From Candidatus Omnitrophota bacterium (GTDB lineage: Bacteria; Omnitrophota; Gorgyraeia; Gygaellales; JAMWDD01), in contig JAQUNK010000002.1 of NCBI GenBank assembly GCA_028717645.1, positions 12,897-76,896 on the forward strand: a stretch of 64,000 nt of DNA, in the 5' to 3' direction. This document shows, one piece after another, positions 26,094 to 36,081 of the stretch (within the stretch, counting starts at the first letter, position 1; every line of letters starts with the position of its first letter). A program made the position numbers and the translations under genes. The notes under the pieces are model-generated. The model was given only the letters and a program-made list of their open reading frames with translations, was not told where the DNA came from and did no database searches.

Positions 26094-26681
26094 ATGAAGA
26101 GGAATAAAATTTTCGCCATTGCCTTTTTGGCAGTGTTTACTATGGGGTGTTCGCCTAAGGTAAGGTTTGAATCGACGAAACCTATCAAAATAGACGTTTC
26201 CATGCGTATAGATGTTTATCAGCATGTAGCCAAGCAGGCAGATTTTATCGAAAATCAGATAGAGTCAACTGAACCTGCCCAGAATCCGCAAGCAAAACCG
26301 CAGAGTTTTTTGAATTTAACAAGTATTGCTTACGCCCAGGAAGAGCTCTCACCGAAAATCAAGGGCGCGGTTGATTCACGTAAGGCGCGGGTTTCTTATT
26401 TAAGAGACTGGGAAAGCAAAGGCGTGATCGGCGAGAACCATAGGGGTTTTGTAGAAGTAAGAAACAGCGCCGCGGCAGGATCGAATATGTCCAATGTACA
26501 ACAAATTATTGCCGATGAAAATAAAGACAGACAGGTAATTTATAAAGATATCAGTGAGAATAACGGTATTTCAGTGGAAGAAGCCGGTATTGCCTATGCC
26601 CCGCGTATCCAGCAGGGCGCACCTGGCGGCACGCCTATCGAAATAGAGGCGAATGGCAAATATCAGTGGACAACTAAGTAA
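26094..26681 (+). CDS. lipoprotein with C-terminal YdbL-like (DUF1318) domain
   Basis: Signal peptide with FTMGCS lipobox. The C-terminus shows the RGFVEVRNS…DRQVIYKDISENNGISVEEAGIAYA pattern. Confidence 0.5.
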   Translation: MKRNKIFAIAFLAVFTMGCSPKVRFESTKPIKIDVSMRIDVYQHVAKQADFIENQIESTEPAQNPQAKPQSFLNLTSIAYAQEELSPKIKGAVDSRKARVSYLRDWESKGVIGENHRGFVEVRNSAAAGSNMSNVQQIIADENKDRQVIYKDISENNGISVEEAGIAYAPRIQQGAPGGTPIEIEANGKYQWTTK

Positions 26682-26683
26682 TA

Positions 26684-27433
26684 GTGGGCAAGACCAAACA
26701 TAAAATAATATTTTTCAGCATTATTTTAGCAGTATTCTTATGCGCCTACATTTCTATTTTTGTGGATGAGGCGTTTATTATCCGTCAGAATACGCTTTTT
26801 CGCCTGGATACTCCTCATAAAGTAATTGCCCTTACTTTTGACGATGGGCCTTCGCCTAAATGGACTCCGCGGATCTTGGATGAATTGAAGAGTTCAGGGG
26901 CCAAGGCCACATTTTTTATGATCGGAGAGCATGTAGAAAAATATCCCGATATCGCCAGGAGGGTCGCGGGAGAGGGCCATGATATCGGTATACATACCTT
27001 TCATCATAGTATAACTATTTTTCATACTGAGGCGACGCTGGAAAAAGAAATTAAAGATACGGCAAAAATTATTCGGGATATAACCGGTAAAACGACCAAG
27101 TTATTCAGGCCGCCAAAGGCCTGGATGACGAGAAGCCAAAAAACGAAGATCAAAAATTTAGGATACGAAATAGTACTCTGGTCGTTAAATTCCAAGGATT
27201 GGGTTACTTTTGATGCTAGGCATATAAGAAGATATATTCTCAGGCATGTACAGCCGGGAGACATCATTCTTTTTCACGATAGTGGCGGAGTTTTCAGCAC
27301 GGAAGGGGGCAATCGCAAAGAGACCGTCAAGACCCTGCCCAGGTTGATCGAACAATTGAAACAAATGGGTTATAGTTTCGTCACAGTAAGCGAATTATTA
27401 CAATTGGGGAATAAAAATGCAATTGTCCGCTAA
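26684..27433 (+). CDS. polysaccharide deacetylase (NodB-homology/CE4; ArnD-like)
   Basis: It has a TFDDGP motif, an HTFHH metal-binding motif and an N-terminal TM anchor. Confidence 0.7.
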   Translation: MGKTKHKIIFFSIILAVFLCAYISIFVDEAFIIRQNTLFRLDTPHKVIALTFDDGPSPKWTPRILDELKSSGAKATFFMIGEHVEKYPDIARRVAGEGHDIGIHTFHHSITIFHTEATLEKEIKDTAKIIRDITGKTTKLFRPPKAWMTRSQKTKIKNLGYEIVLWSLNSKDWVTFDARHIRRYILRHVQPGDIILFHDSGGVFSTEGGNRKETVKTLPRLIEQLKQMGYSFVTVSELLQLGNKNAIVR

Positions 27434-29060
27434 ACACCTTACCGTATTAATTATCCTATCCTTTATTTTTTTGATGCTTGGTAATAATATCATCAATCTT
27501 AGCCACCCCGATGAAGTATTTTATGCTGGTACTGCCAAAGAAATGGCGCTAAATAATAGCTGGTCTATTCCGTATCTTTTCGGCCAGCCGCAATTCGAAA
27601 AGCCTATTCTTACGTATTGGTTGTTACGTGTGGGATATATTATGTTTGGAGTGGATGGTTTTGGCGCACGGTTTTTCCCCGCGCTCTTTGCTATGCTAGG
27701 GGTTATCGCGGTTTATCTTCTTGGCTTATTGGGGTATAAGGATGAGAAAAAAGCATTTATTTCAGCACTTATCCTTATGTCTGCAGGGCTTTATGTCGGC
27801 CTGGCACGGCTAGTTTTCACCGATATGATCTTTTCGGTGCTTATTTTATGGGCTTTATTAGCATTTTTCTGGGGGTATACCGTTGGAAAACACAAAGGTA
27901 CAGGGACTATTTTATTTTTTATTTTTTCAGGCTTGGCGGTATTAACTAAGGGTCCTCTGGGCTTTTTACTGCCGCTTTTAATCGTTATATTATTTTTGTT
28001 TGTTAAAAAAGAATTGAGGTTCTTTTTCTCTAAATATTCTTTGCTGGGATTTACATTGTTTTTGATAGTTACTTTGCCTTGGTACATTCTTTTAGCCAAG
28101 AAATTTGGCTCAAATTTTGCTCAGGAGTTTTTCTATAACGACCATGTGAGAAGGTTGCTACAAGCAGAGCATAAGGAAAACGACACCTGGTATTTCTATC
28201 CGGCATCTATGATAATAGGGATGTTCCCTTTTAGCATCTTTGTGGTTTTAGCATTTTTCTCGTTCCTAAAACGGATAAAAGAGAAAATGATGCTATCCAT
28301 AAATCTTCTTTTAGGCTGTTGGGTTACGGTAATATTCGCCATATTTACTCCCGCGCATTCAAAATTGGTGAGTTATACTTTTCCTGTTTTACCGGCGCTG
28401 GCGCTTTTGACCGGCGATTTTATTTATGAAGCGCTGGCTTCCAACAAGCGCAGGGTTATTTTTATTTCTTCACTAGTTTGTTGGTTTATACTTTTGATGA
28501 TACCTGTAGCCTTGTTCGTCAGCACAAAGAAATTCTCTGTGTATGTGCCCGTAAAGGAGCCGGTCTATAATTTTATCTTCCTTTATCTGGCAGTATTGGC
28601 GATTATGTTATTTTTCACTCTGAAGAAGAAATTTCTACTTAATTTTTATTTCCTAGTTCTTCAGGCGTTACTTATTCTGTTATTTGTTTTTTCTTCACAG
28701 AAAAACTTCCAGGTTTATGTGTCCGCCAAGACCAGCAGCGAGTATTTATTGAACAACTACACGGTGAATAATGCCATTCTTTGTTCAAAGCTGTACGTGC
28801 GCGGAGTAAGATTTTTTACTGAAAAACCCGTAGCCGTAATTAATGTCAGAGGAGCAAATTTCTTCTCGCCGCATCCTATCCCCTATCTGGATACTGATGA
28901 AAAAGTTGCGAGTTTCTTAAGAAACCAATCAGTAACCTATTGTATCCTTTCCAAATCCTCTTTGATCGACGCCAAGCGCGTCGCAGCAAGCAATTCTTTC
29001 AAGCTCGACATCTTAAAGCCCATAGGCGATGAGTATGTCGTGAAGATCCAAACCGAATAA
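27417..29060 (+). CDS. ArnT/PMT-family GT-C glycosyltransferase (GT39/GT83-like, undecaprenyl-phosphate-sugar dependent)
   Basis: About 12 TM helices. The N-terminal LSHPDEVFYAGTAKEM…PYLFGQPQFEKPILTYW matches the ArnT/PMT loop-1 DE motif region. It overlaps the upstream deacetylase gene. Confidence 0.7.
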   Translation: MQLSAKHLTVLIILSFIFLMLGNNIINLSHPDEVFYAGTAKEMALNNSWSIPYLFGQPQFEKPILTYWLLRVGYIMFGVDGFGARFFPALFAMLGVIAVYLLGLLGYKDEKKAFISALILMSAGLYVGLARLVFTDMIFSVLILWALLAFFWGYTVGKHKGTGTILFFIFSGLAVLTKGPLGFLLPLLIVILFLFVKKELRFFFSKYSLLGFTLFLIVTLPWYILLAKKFGSNFAQEFFYNDHVRRLLQAEHKENDTWYFYPASMIIGMFPFSIFVVLAFFSFLKRIKEKMMLSINLLLGCWVTVIFAIFTPAHSKLVSYTFPVLPALALLTGDFIYEALASNKRRVIFISSLVCWFILLMIPVALFVSTKKFSVYVPVKEPVYNFIFLYLAVLAIMLFFTLKKKFLLNFYFLVLQALLILLFVFSSQKNFQVYVSAKTSSEYLLNNYTVNNAILCSKLYVRGVRFFTEKPVAVINVRGANFFSPHPIPYLDTDEKVASFLRNQSVTYCILSKSSLIDAKRVAASNSFKLDILKPIGDEYVVKIQTE

Positions 29061-29239
29061 ATAAACAACTGTTTTTAAAAGATAAGGCGCTCGATTATTT
29101 TACTAAGGCGCAGGGCATTTACCGAAGCATAGAAACTCCCGATTATAAACGAGTAAGCGAAGAGCTAAAGAAGCTATCCGGAAAATAGCCGCATGAAAAT
29201 ATTTTCTCTTGTGTGTAATTTAAGGTATAATAATTAATA

Positions 29240-29761
29240 ATGAAAATAAAAGTATTTATAATCACTTTTTTATCGGGCATAGTGTTTTTGTCTTATTGTG
29301 GCATTGTTCTGGCTCAGGCATACTCCAAGCAGGATATTCGCGACGTAATCGATTATTTTAAAGAATATGACGTTAAGGCCAAGCCGTTTGTAGCTACGCA
29401 AGGCGGCAGGATAGACGAATTAATCGATCAGACCTACGAAGATTTAAAACTTTATAAAGATAAAGAAGGACTAAAAAAATTCATCCAAAGTTTATACGAT
29501 AGCCTTCTTGATAGTTGCGATAGGCTGGTTAAATTATCGGATAGGCCGGACGTAAAAAGCGGTTTCTATAATCCGAATGACGCTTCTCCTGAATTCAATA
29601 AACTTAACCTTGATTCTGCCTATACTTTGTTACGCATAAAAATACTGGGTTACCTTTATCAATATAGGTATAACGAGCTTCCCTTAAAAAAAGATATCTG
29701 CTGCCCGCTTTTTTATATTTATTCTACCGGCAACAAGGTAAAAAGTTGCAGTGGGCAATAG
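29240..29761 (+). CDS. hypothetical secreted protein (173 aa); candidate leaderless or SD-less start
   Basis: Signal peptide present. A TATAAT at 29225-29230 ends 9 nt before the ATG. Confidence 0.3.
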   Translation: MKIKVFIITFLSGIVFLSYCGIVLAQAYSKQDIRDVIDYFKEYDVKAKPFVATQGGRIDELIDQTYEDLKLYKDKEGLKKFIQSLYDSLLDSCDRLVKLSDRPDVKSGFYNPNDASPEFNKLNLDSAYTLLRIKILGYLYQYRYNELPLKKDICCPLFYIYSTGNKVKSCSGQ

Positions 29762-29812
29762 GTTCCTAAATTATCTTGCCAAAGTGTGATTTAATCGTAT
29801 AATAATCCCGTT

Positions 29813-32800
29813 ATGGAAACTAAAGAGAAAAACTATTATCTGGATGCGGAAAACAAAGAATTTGTCATAGAAAATTATAATCTCGCCAAGCCGTTTTCCA
29901 ATTTTCTTCCTGGTATTGCTGGATTGCAGGGTATTCCGATGTGGGTTTTCTATGTTAACCGCGGCCAGGGTATTATCAGCTGCGGCACCCAGGACAAGGA
30001 CCACTCCATTATGGAGTTTCAGCCGGCGAACAAGGCCTACCAATTGTGCTCTACTCAGGGTTTTCGTACCTTTATAAAGATCAAAGAAGGCAAAAACTGG
30101 AAATTCTACGAGCCATTCCAGGTAAATCATTTTAACTCTTGTTACAAAACTGCTCAAAAGATGTTTATTAGTTCTGCTGAATTAAGGATCGAAGAGACGA
30201 ACTTTTCTCTCGGGCTGAAGAGCACTGTAGAATATTTTACCGTTCCCAGCGCCGCCTTTGCCGCTTTAGCCAGAAAATTAACCATAGAGAATCTGGATAA
30301 AGAGAGAAAAGAAATGGAGATCCTGGACGGTGTTCCGGCGATCATCCCTTATGGCACGGCGAATTTATTTTTGAAAAAACTAAGCCGCACTGTAGAAGCT
30401 TGGATGCAGGTGGAAAACCTCGATAAAAAGGCGCCTTTTTATCGCTTGAGTGTTGATCCTACGGACCGCCCGGAAGTTATCTTCATAGAAAAAGGGAACT
30501 TCTACCTGAATTTTTGCCTGGAAAACAACCGGCCCAGGATAAATGCGCCTATTGTTGATCCCGACGTTATCTTTAATGGTATCTCGGATTTTTGCGAACC
30601 GAGAAATTTTTTCGTGAACAAGGCATTTAAGATCCCCGCCTGGCAGATGAAAAGCAGCAAAACTCCCTCTGCCTTTGCTTTTGCTAATCTCGTCCTTTCC
30701 GGGCATGGCGAAAGTGCCATGTATAGTTTTCTCGGCAGGGCGGATAATTTAGCCTCATTTAATTCACTCATCGCCCAGGTGACCAGGCCGGGCTACTTCG
30801 CTAAAAAATCAAAGGAAAATAAAGAGATCATCGGCCGCATACAGAACCATGTTTTTCTCGGTTCAGGGTCTGAAGAATTGAATCTTTATGCGCAACAGAC
30901 TTATTTAGATAATGTAATGAGAGGGGGCCTGCCGATAGTTTTAGAAACTGAAAACCAGCCCTTGGTTTTCCATGTTTATTCCCGTAAACACGGCGACCTG
31001 GAAAGAGACTACAACAAGTTCCTGCTTTCTCCTTCTTATTTTTCGCAAGGTAACGGCAACTACCGCGATATGTGCCAGAACCGCCGTCTGGATATCTGGT
31101 TCAACTCTGAGGTAAAAGATTCCACCTTGATCGAATTTTTTAATCTTATCCAGGCAGATGGTTATAATCCCCTGGTCATCCAGGAAGACCTTTTCTATGC
31201 CCCTAAGTTCGGGGAAAATGACCTAAAGACATTCGTCGGGCAGAAAGATATCCAAAGGGTGCTGAATTTTCTCAGCCATCCCTATAAGCTGGGCGGCTTG
31301 CTTATGTTTTTAGAAGAAGAAAAGATCAGCCTAAAAGGTGCACCGGGGTCTTTCCTGAAATTTCTTCTGGCCAAGTCATTCCGGGACAAAGAAGCACAGC
31401 ATGGTGAAGGTTTCTGGACCGACCATTGGGCCTATAATCTGGATAACCTGGAAACTTATCTTGCCGTATACCCGGAAAACCTAAAAGAAATATTACTAGA
31501 GAGAAAAGATTTTACTTTCTTCGATAATACACATATGGTCAAGCCTCGGGCCGAGCGCTACATGCTGTTAAAAGGCGGCTTGGTGAGGCAGCTGCATTCG
31601 GTCTATTCAAGCCACGCGAAATTCGAAGCGATAAAACAGCGTAGGGCAACGCCCTATCTGGTGCGGGATAGAGAAGGCAAGATCTACCGGACCACGCTTA
31701 TCGCGAAGATGCTCTGCATCATTGCTAATAAGCTTGCCAGCCTCGATCCGTTCGGCACGGGTATCGATATGGAGGCGGATAAACCAAATTGGTTTGATTC
31801 ACTTAACGGTCTGCCGGGGTTGTCCGGCTCATCAGCCTGCGAAACCATAGAATTAAAACGCTGGGTCAAATTCTTGTCAGAGCAACTGGAGGCCCTGCGT
31901 TTAGGCGATTATGAAATAAAGCTTCCGGTGGAGGCCTTCGATTTTCTTATCGCGCTGGATAAGCTTGTCCAGGGGTCACTTGGTAAGAAATTTAAAGATT
32001 TTGCGTATTGGGATAAGAGCAATGCGTTAAAAGAAGAGTATCGTAGCCGCATACATCTGGGGTTTAGCGGCGAGGAAAAGGCATTGCCCCTGGAAACGCT
32101 AAGATCCATCTTAAAAAGAGCAGAGAAAAAATTAGCCGAAGCGCTGAATAAGGCCCGTGATAAAAAAAGCGGTATAGTCTATTCTTATTTTATCAACCAG
32201 GTCATAAAATATGATTTTATTTTCGAAAAAGAGAGAAAAAAACTAGATCACGAAGGCAGGCCCTTGATCAGGCCCCTGGAATTCAAGCAAGTGAAACTGC
32301 CATTATTCTTGGAAGGGCCGATGCATGTTTTAAGGCTGGAGGATGATCAGAAAGCCGCCAGCCGCCTTTACCGGGCGATAAAAAAGAGCAGGATCTTTGA
32401 CCGCGGACTCAAAATGTATAAAGTAACCGCGCCCTTAGCGCCCGCGCCTTTGGATATTGGCCGCTGCCGCGTATTCACGCCCGGGTGGCTGGAAAATGAG
32501 TCGGTGTGGCTGCACATGGAATATAAGTATCTCCTGGAAGTGCTGAAAAAAGGCCTCTATAAAGAGTTCTACCAGGATTTCTATAACTGCGTGGTCGCTT
32601 TCCAGGACCCTGCCCGCTATGGCCGCAGTATCCTGGAAAATTCTTCTTTTCTGGCGAGTTCTGCCTTTCCCGATAAAGAGCTGCAGGGTAATGGTTTTGT
32701 CGCGCGCCTAAGCGGCTCGACCATCGAATTCCTGAATATCCTTTTGCTGATGAGTGTGGGCCAGAGGCCGTTTTACCTGAATAAGGCCGGCGAATTAAAT

Positions 32801-33124
32801 TTAAAATTTTCTCCGATACTGAAAAATTCGCTTTTTAGCAAAGAGCAAAAAGATCACGTATATTATGTGCAGTCCGGAAAAAAAATCAATCTCAGCCTTC
32901 CTAAGAATACCTATGCCTTTAATTTCTTAAAAGACACCCTGGTAGTTTATCACAATCCGTCCGGGAAGGACACTTTTGGCCCAGCTAAAACGCGGATATC
33001 CGGTATGCGCCTTGAATCTTTGGATAATAAGGTGATCAACTTAGACGGTGATGTCATTATGCATCCTTTGGCTGACCAGGTCAGGGGCGGTGAATTCAAA
33101 CGCATAGATATTTTCCTAAAATAA
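29813..33124 (+). CDS. GH94-superfamily glycoside phosphorylase-like protein (cellobiose/cellodextrin/beta-glucan phosphorylase-like), 1103 aa
   Basis: The N-terminus KEFVIENYNLAKPFSNFLPG…GQGIISC resembles the conserved CBP/ChBP N-terminus (KEYVIT..P.PW.NYLG…GGY.F). The size fits CDP/beta-1,2- or beta-1,3-glucan phosphorylases. Catalytic residues were not verified. Confidence 0.45.
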   Translation: METKEKNYYLDAENKEFVIENYNLAKPFSNFLPGIAGLQGIPMWVFYVNRGQGIISCGTQDKDHSIMEFQPANKAYQLCSTQGFRTFIKIKEGKNWKFYEPFQVNHFNSCYKTAQKMFISSAELRIEETNFSLGLKSTVEYFTVPSAAFAALARKLTIENLDKERKEMEILDGVPAIIPYGTANLFLKKLSRTVEAWMQVENLDKKAPFYRLSVDPTDRPEVIFIEKGNFYLNFCLENNRPRINAPIVDPDVIFNGISDFCEPRNFFVNKAFKIPAWQMKSSKTPSAFAFANLVLSGHGESAMYSFLGRADNLASFNSLIAQVTRPGYFAKKSKENKEIIGRIQNHVFLGSGSEELNLYAQQTYLDNVMRGGLPIVLETENQPLVFHVYSRKHGDLERDYNKFLLSPSYFSQGNGNYRDMCQNRRLDIWFNSEVKDSTLIEFFNLIQADGYNPLVIQEDLFYAPKFGENDLKTFVGQKDIQRVLNFLSHPYKLGGLLMFLEEEKISLKGAPGSFLKFLLAKSFRDKEAQHGEGFWTDHWAYNLDNLETYLAVYPENLKEILLERKDFTFFDNTHMVKPRAERYMLLKGGLVRQLHSVYSSHAKFEAIKQRRATPYLVRDREGKIYRTTLIAKMLCIIANKLASLDPFGTGIDMEADKPNWFDSLNGLPGLSGSSACETIELKRWVKFLSEQLEALRLGDYEIKLPVEAFDFLIALDKLVQGSLGKKFKDFAYWDKSNALKEEYRSRIHLGFSGEEKALPLETLRSILKRAEKKLAEALNKARDKKSGIVYSYFINQVIKYDFIFEKERKKLDHEGRPLIRPLEFKQVKLPLFLEGPMHVLRLEDDQKAASRLYRAIKKSRIFDRGLKMYKVTAPLAPAPLDIGRCRVFTPGWLENESVWLHMEYKYLLEVLKKGLYKEFYQDFYNCVVAFQDPARYGRSILENSSFLASSAFPDKELQGNGFVARLSGSTIEFLNILLLMSVGQRPFYLNKAGELNLKFSPILKNSLFSKEQKDHVYYVQSGKKINLSLPKNTYAFNFLKDTLVVYHNPSGKDTFGPAKTRISGMRLESLDNKVINLDGDVIMHPLADQVRGGEFKRIDIFLK

Positions 33125-33134
33125 GAGCTTTTTC

Positions 33135-33163
33135 TTTACAAATCCAGGGAATAAAAGTATAAT
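33135..33163 (+). promoter_or_regulatory. sigma70-like promoter TTTACA-17-TATAAT for hisG
   Basis: Hexamers read directly from the sequence, with optimal spacing. Confidence 0.5.
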
Positions 33164-33195
33164 AAAACCTTGTGCCGAAAAAGGGGCCGAAAATA

Positions 33196-34098
33196 ATGCC
33201 AAAAGGATCATCCAAAATGAGCTCTAAAATTTTAAAACTGGGTTTACCCAAAGGCAGCCTCCAGGAAGCAACTATCCGGATGCTGCACAAGGCGGGTTTT
33301 AATATCTCCGTCTCAGAACGTTCATATTTTCCTTCCATAGACGACCCGCAAATCGAATGCGTAATGCTGCGCGCCCAGGAAATGTCGCGTTACGTCGAGC
33401 AGGGTGCGTTGGATTGTGGTATTACCGGCAACGACTGGATACTGGAAAACAGGTCCAGCGTAGTAAGGGTCGCGGACCTTATGTATGCCAAACAGAGCAT
33501 GAACAAGGTAAGATGGGTCATCGCCGTGCCGGAAAATTCCGGCATAAAATCCGTAAAGGACCTGGAAGGTAAGCACATTGCTACAGAGTTGGTAAGCGCC
33601 ACGCGCGATTACTTAAAGAAAAATAAAGTTAACGCGACGGTGGAATTCAGTTGGGGTGCCACCGAGGCAAAAGTTGGCACGGGATTAAGCGATGCTATCG
33701 TGGAATTGACCGAGACCGGAAGAAGCCTGAGGGCACACAAATTACGTGAACTGGCTACGGTCTGTGAATCTACCACGCAGTTCATCGCTAATAACAAAGC
33801 CTGGAAAGACGCTTTTAAGCGCGCCAAGATGGAACAGATCGTGCTCCTTTTAAAAGGCGCGCTGCTGGCCGAAGAAAAAGTAGGTATCAAGATGAATGTA
33901 CGTAAGCGCGACTTGAATAAACTGACCAAGAGGCTTCCGGCGCTTAAAAAACCCACCATATCCATGCTTTCCGAAGCAGGTTGGGTGGCCGTGGAAATAA
34001 TTTGCGACGAACGTACCATCCGTACGCTTATACCAGAATTAAAAAAAGCCGGTGCACAGGGGATCATCGAGTATCCTCTGAATAAGGTAATATATTAA
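33196..34098 (+). CDS. hisG: ATP phosphoribosyltransferase, long form with C-terminal regulatory domain
   Basis: [14 protein letters not shown]…; the ORF track starts at a GTG at 33172. AAGGGG lies 9 nt before the ATG at 33196; the ATG at 33217 is also possible. Confidence 0.8.
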   Translation: MPKGSSKMSSKILKLGLPKGSLQEATIRMLHKAGFNISVSERSYFPSIDDPQIECVMLRAQEMSRYVEQGALDCGITGNDWILENRSSVVRVADLMYAKQSMNKVRWVIAVPENSGIKSVKDLEGKHIATELVSATRDYLKKNKVNATVEFSWGATEAKVGTGLSDAIVELTETGRSLRAHKLRELATVCESTTQFIANNKAWKDAFKRAKMEQIVLLLKGALLAEEKVGIKMNVRKRDLNKLTKRLPALKKPTISMLSEAGWVAVEIICDERTIRTLIPELKKAGAQGIIEYPLNKVIY

Positions 34099-34126
34099 CC
34101 GGGTAGTTTAAAGAAACGAGGTAAAC

Positions 34127-34228
34127 ATGCCTTGCGGCAAGAAACGTAAAAGAAAAAAGATCCGCACGCATAAAAGAAAAAAGATGCGTCGCCGCCTCAG
34201 ACATTTGAAGAAGAGAGCCTGGGGTTAA
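34127..34228 (+). CDS. unannotated 33-aa ORF encoding an extremely basic peptide MPCGKKRKRKKIRTHKRKKMRRRLRHLKKRAWG (bS22-like small ribosomal protein candidate)
   Basis: It is not in the ORF track because it is under 60 aa. GAGGT lies 6 nt before the ATG and it fits the hisG-TPR gap. 21 of 33 residues are K/R/H, resembling actinobacterial/Bacteroidetes bS22. Confidence 0.45.
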   Translation: MPCGKKRKRKKIRTHKRKKMRRRLRHLKKRAWG

Positions 34229-34247
34229 AAAGCACTCTTAAAATTTA

Positions 34248-35243
34248 ATGCGTCTTAAGTTTGGCGAGAATTCAAAGCAAAGGATTTTTTCCTTTGTGCT
34301 TATGGGTCTGCTTGTTGCTGGGGCTCCTTCTCTAGACAGAAGCAAAGAAGAAAAAAGCTCAGCCGCTGCCTTGCATCACTATATCATGGCTTCTTTGTAC
34401 AGCCGCCAGGACAAGACGGATGAGGCGATAGAGGAATACAAAAAAGCGATCAGCCTAGATGATAGCGCAGCGATAGTCCATACGCGCCTGGCTGTAGAAT
34501 ATATCAAAAAGTCCAACAACCTGGATAAAGCGGTTGAAGAACTTAAGCAGGCGGCCCAGCTTGATCCGGAAGCAGTAGATGCCCACCTTTTCCTGGCCCT
34601 GATTTATGCCTCGACGGGGCAGGATGATCTTTCCAATAAGGAATATGAGAAGGCCCTTACTTTAGCGCAAAAGAAAGACCCTAAAAATATAGATATTTAT
34701 AAGGGCCTGGGCGAAGTTTACCTGTCTCAGAAAAAGATCGAGGACGCGATCAGCGTCTACAAGGCTATTTTGAATATTTCATCGCAGGACCCCGAGGCGC
34801 ATTATTATTTGGGCTCGATCTATTCCGAACAGAAAAAGATCAAAGAGGCAATAGTAGAGTTTAAAGCGGCGATAAAAATCAAGCCCGATTATGCGGATGC
34901 CCTGAATTCCCTGGCGTATATATACTCCGAAGAAGGGATAAATCTGAACGAAGCAGAGACTATGGTCAAAAAGGCGTTGGCCGTAGATCCGGATAATGCC
35001 TATTATGTCGATACTTTAGGCTGGATATATTTAAAGCGGCGCAGGGTCGATGAGGCAATAAAACAGTTGGAAAGGGCGCTTACGCTTATGTCCGACCCGG
35101 TGATCGCCGAACATTTAGGAGACGCTTATTTAAAAAAAGGCCAGGTCAAACAGGCAAAACAAAAATGGGAAGAGTCCCTGAGGCTTAACCCTAACCAGCC
35201 CGCGGTAAAAAAGAAATTAGAAAAATATTCTCGTCAGAAATAA
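34248..35243 (+). CDS. secreted TPR-repeat protein
   Basis: Signal peptide and about seven 34-aa repeats carrying the A/Y/L TPR consensus. Confidence 0.6.
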   Translation: MRLKFGENSKQRIFSFVLMGLLVAGAPSLDRSKEEKSSAAALHHYIMASLYSRQDKTDEAIEEYKKAISLDDSAAIVHTRLAVEYIKKSNNLDKAVEELKQAAQLDPEAVDAHLFLALIYASTGQDDLSNKEYEKALTLAQKKDPKNIDIYKGLGEVYLSQKKIEDAISVYKAILNISSQDPEAHYYLGSIYSEQKKIKEAIVEFKAAIKIKPDYADALNSLAYIYSEEGINLNEAETMVKKALAVDPDNAYYVDTLGWIYLKRRRVDEAIKQLERALTLMSDPVIAEHLGDAYLKKGQVKQAKQKWEESLRLNPNQPAVKKKLEKYSRQK

Positions 35244-35246
35244 ATT

Positions 35247-36065
35247 ATGTATAACCAGGCAAAGATAAAAGAATTAGAAGAGAAGGCCAAGCGGATCAGG
35301 CGCCTGATCGTCCAGATGCTTTTTAAGGCCGGTAGCGGACATCCCGGCGGAAGCCTTTCTTCGACGGATGTCGTCACCTGCCTTTATAATGCCGTCATGC
35401 GCCATAACCCGAAGGACCCACATTGGCCCGACCGCGACAGGTTCCATATGTCCAAGGGCCATTGTTGCCCGTTGTGGTATGCGGCTTTGGCAGACCAGGG
35501 ATATTTCAAAGAAGAGGAACTTTGGACGCTAAGAAAATTAGGCTCAATGCTCCAGGGCCATCCGGATAAACGCACTCCCGGAGTAGAAGTGGCCTCAGGC
35601 TCACTCGGCCAGGGGCTTTCAGTGGCCTTGGGTATGAGTTTGGCGGCCAAGGTGGACCATAAAGATTACCGCGTCTATTGCCTGATGGGAGATGGTGAAA
35701 TACAGGAAGGCAATATCTGGGAAGCGGCCATGGCCTGCGCCCATTTTAAATGCGACAACCTCTGCGCGATCCTGGATTACAACGGTTTCCAGATCGACGG
35801 AAAAACCCAGGATATCATGGGCCTGGAGCCGATCATAGAAAAATGGAAGGCCTTTGGCTGGTACACTGTTGAGATAGACGGGCACAATATAAAACAGATA
35901 CTCGATGCCTTTCTAACGGCCCAAAAAATAAAGGAAAAACCCACGATCATTATCGCCCATACCGTAAAAGGCAAGGGCGTTTCTTTTATGGAGAACGTCG
36001 TGGATTTTCACGGCCGCGCACCGACCAAAGAAGAAACGGAAAAGGCATTAAAAGAACTGGCATAA
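35247..36065 (+). CDS. tktA: transketolase, N-terminal (TPP-binding) subunit of a split transketolase
   Basis: GHPGGSLSSTDV and GDGE…EG thiamine-diphosphate motifs; 272 aa. Confidence 0.85.
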   Translation: MYNQAKIKELEEKAKRIRRLIVQMLFKAGSGHPGGSLSSTDVVTCLYNAVMRHNPKDPHWPDRDRFHMSKGHCCPLWYAALADQGYFKEEELWTLRKLGSMLQGHPDKRTPGVEVASGSLGQGLSVALGMSLAAKVDHKDYRVYCLMGDGEIQEGNIWEAAMACAHFKCDNLCAILDYNGFQIDGKTQDIMGLEPIIEKWKAFGWYTVEIDGHNIKQILDAFLTAQKIKEKPTIIIAHTVKGKGVSFMENVVDFHGRAPTKEETEKALKELA

Positions 36066-36081
36066 ATTTTTAAGGATAAAA

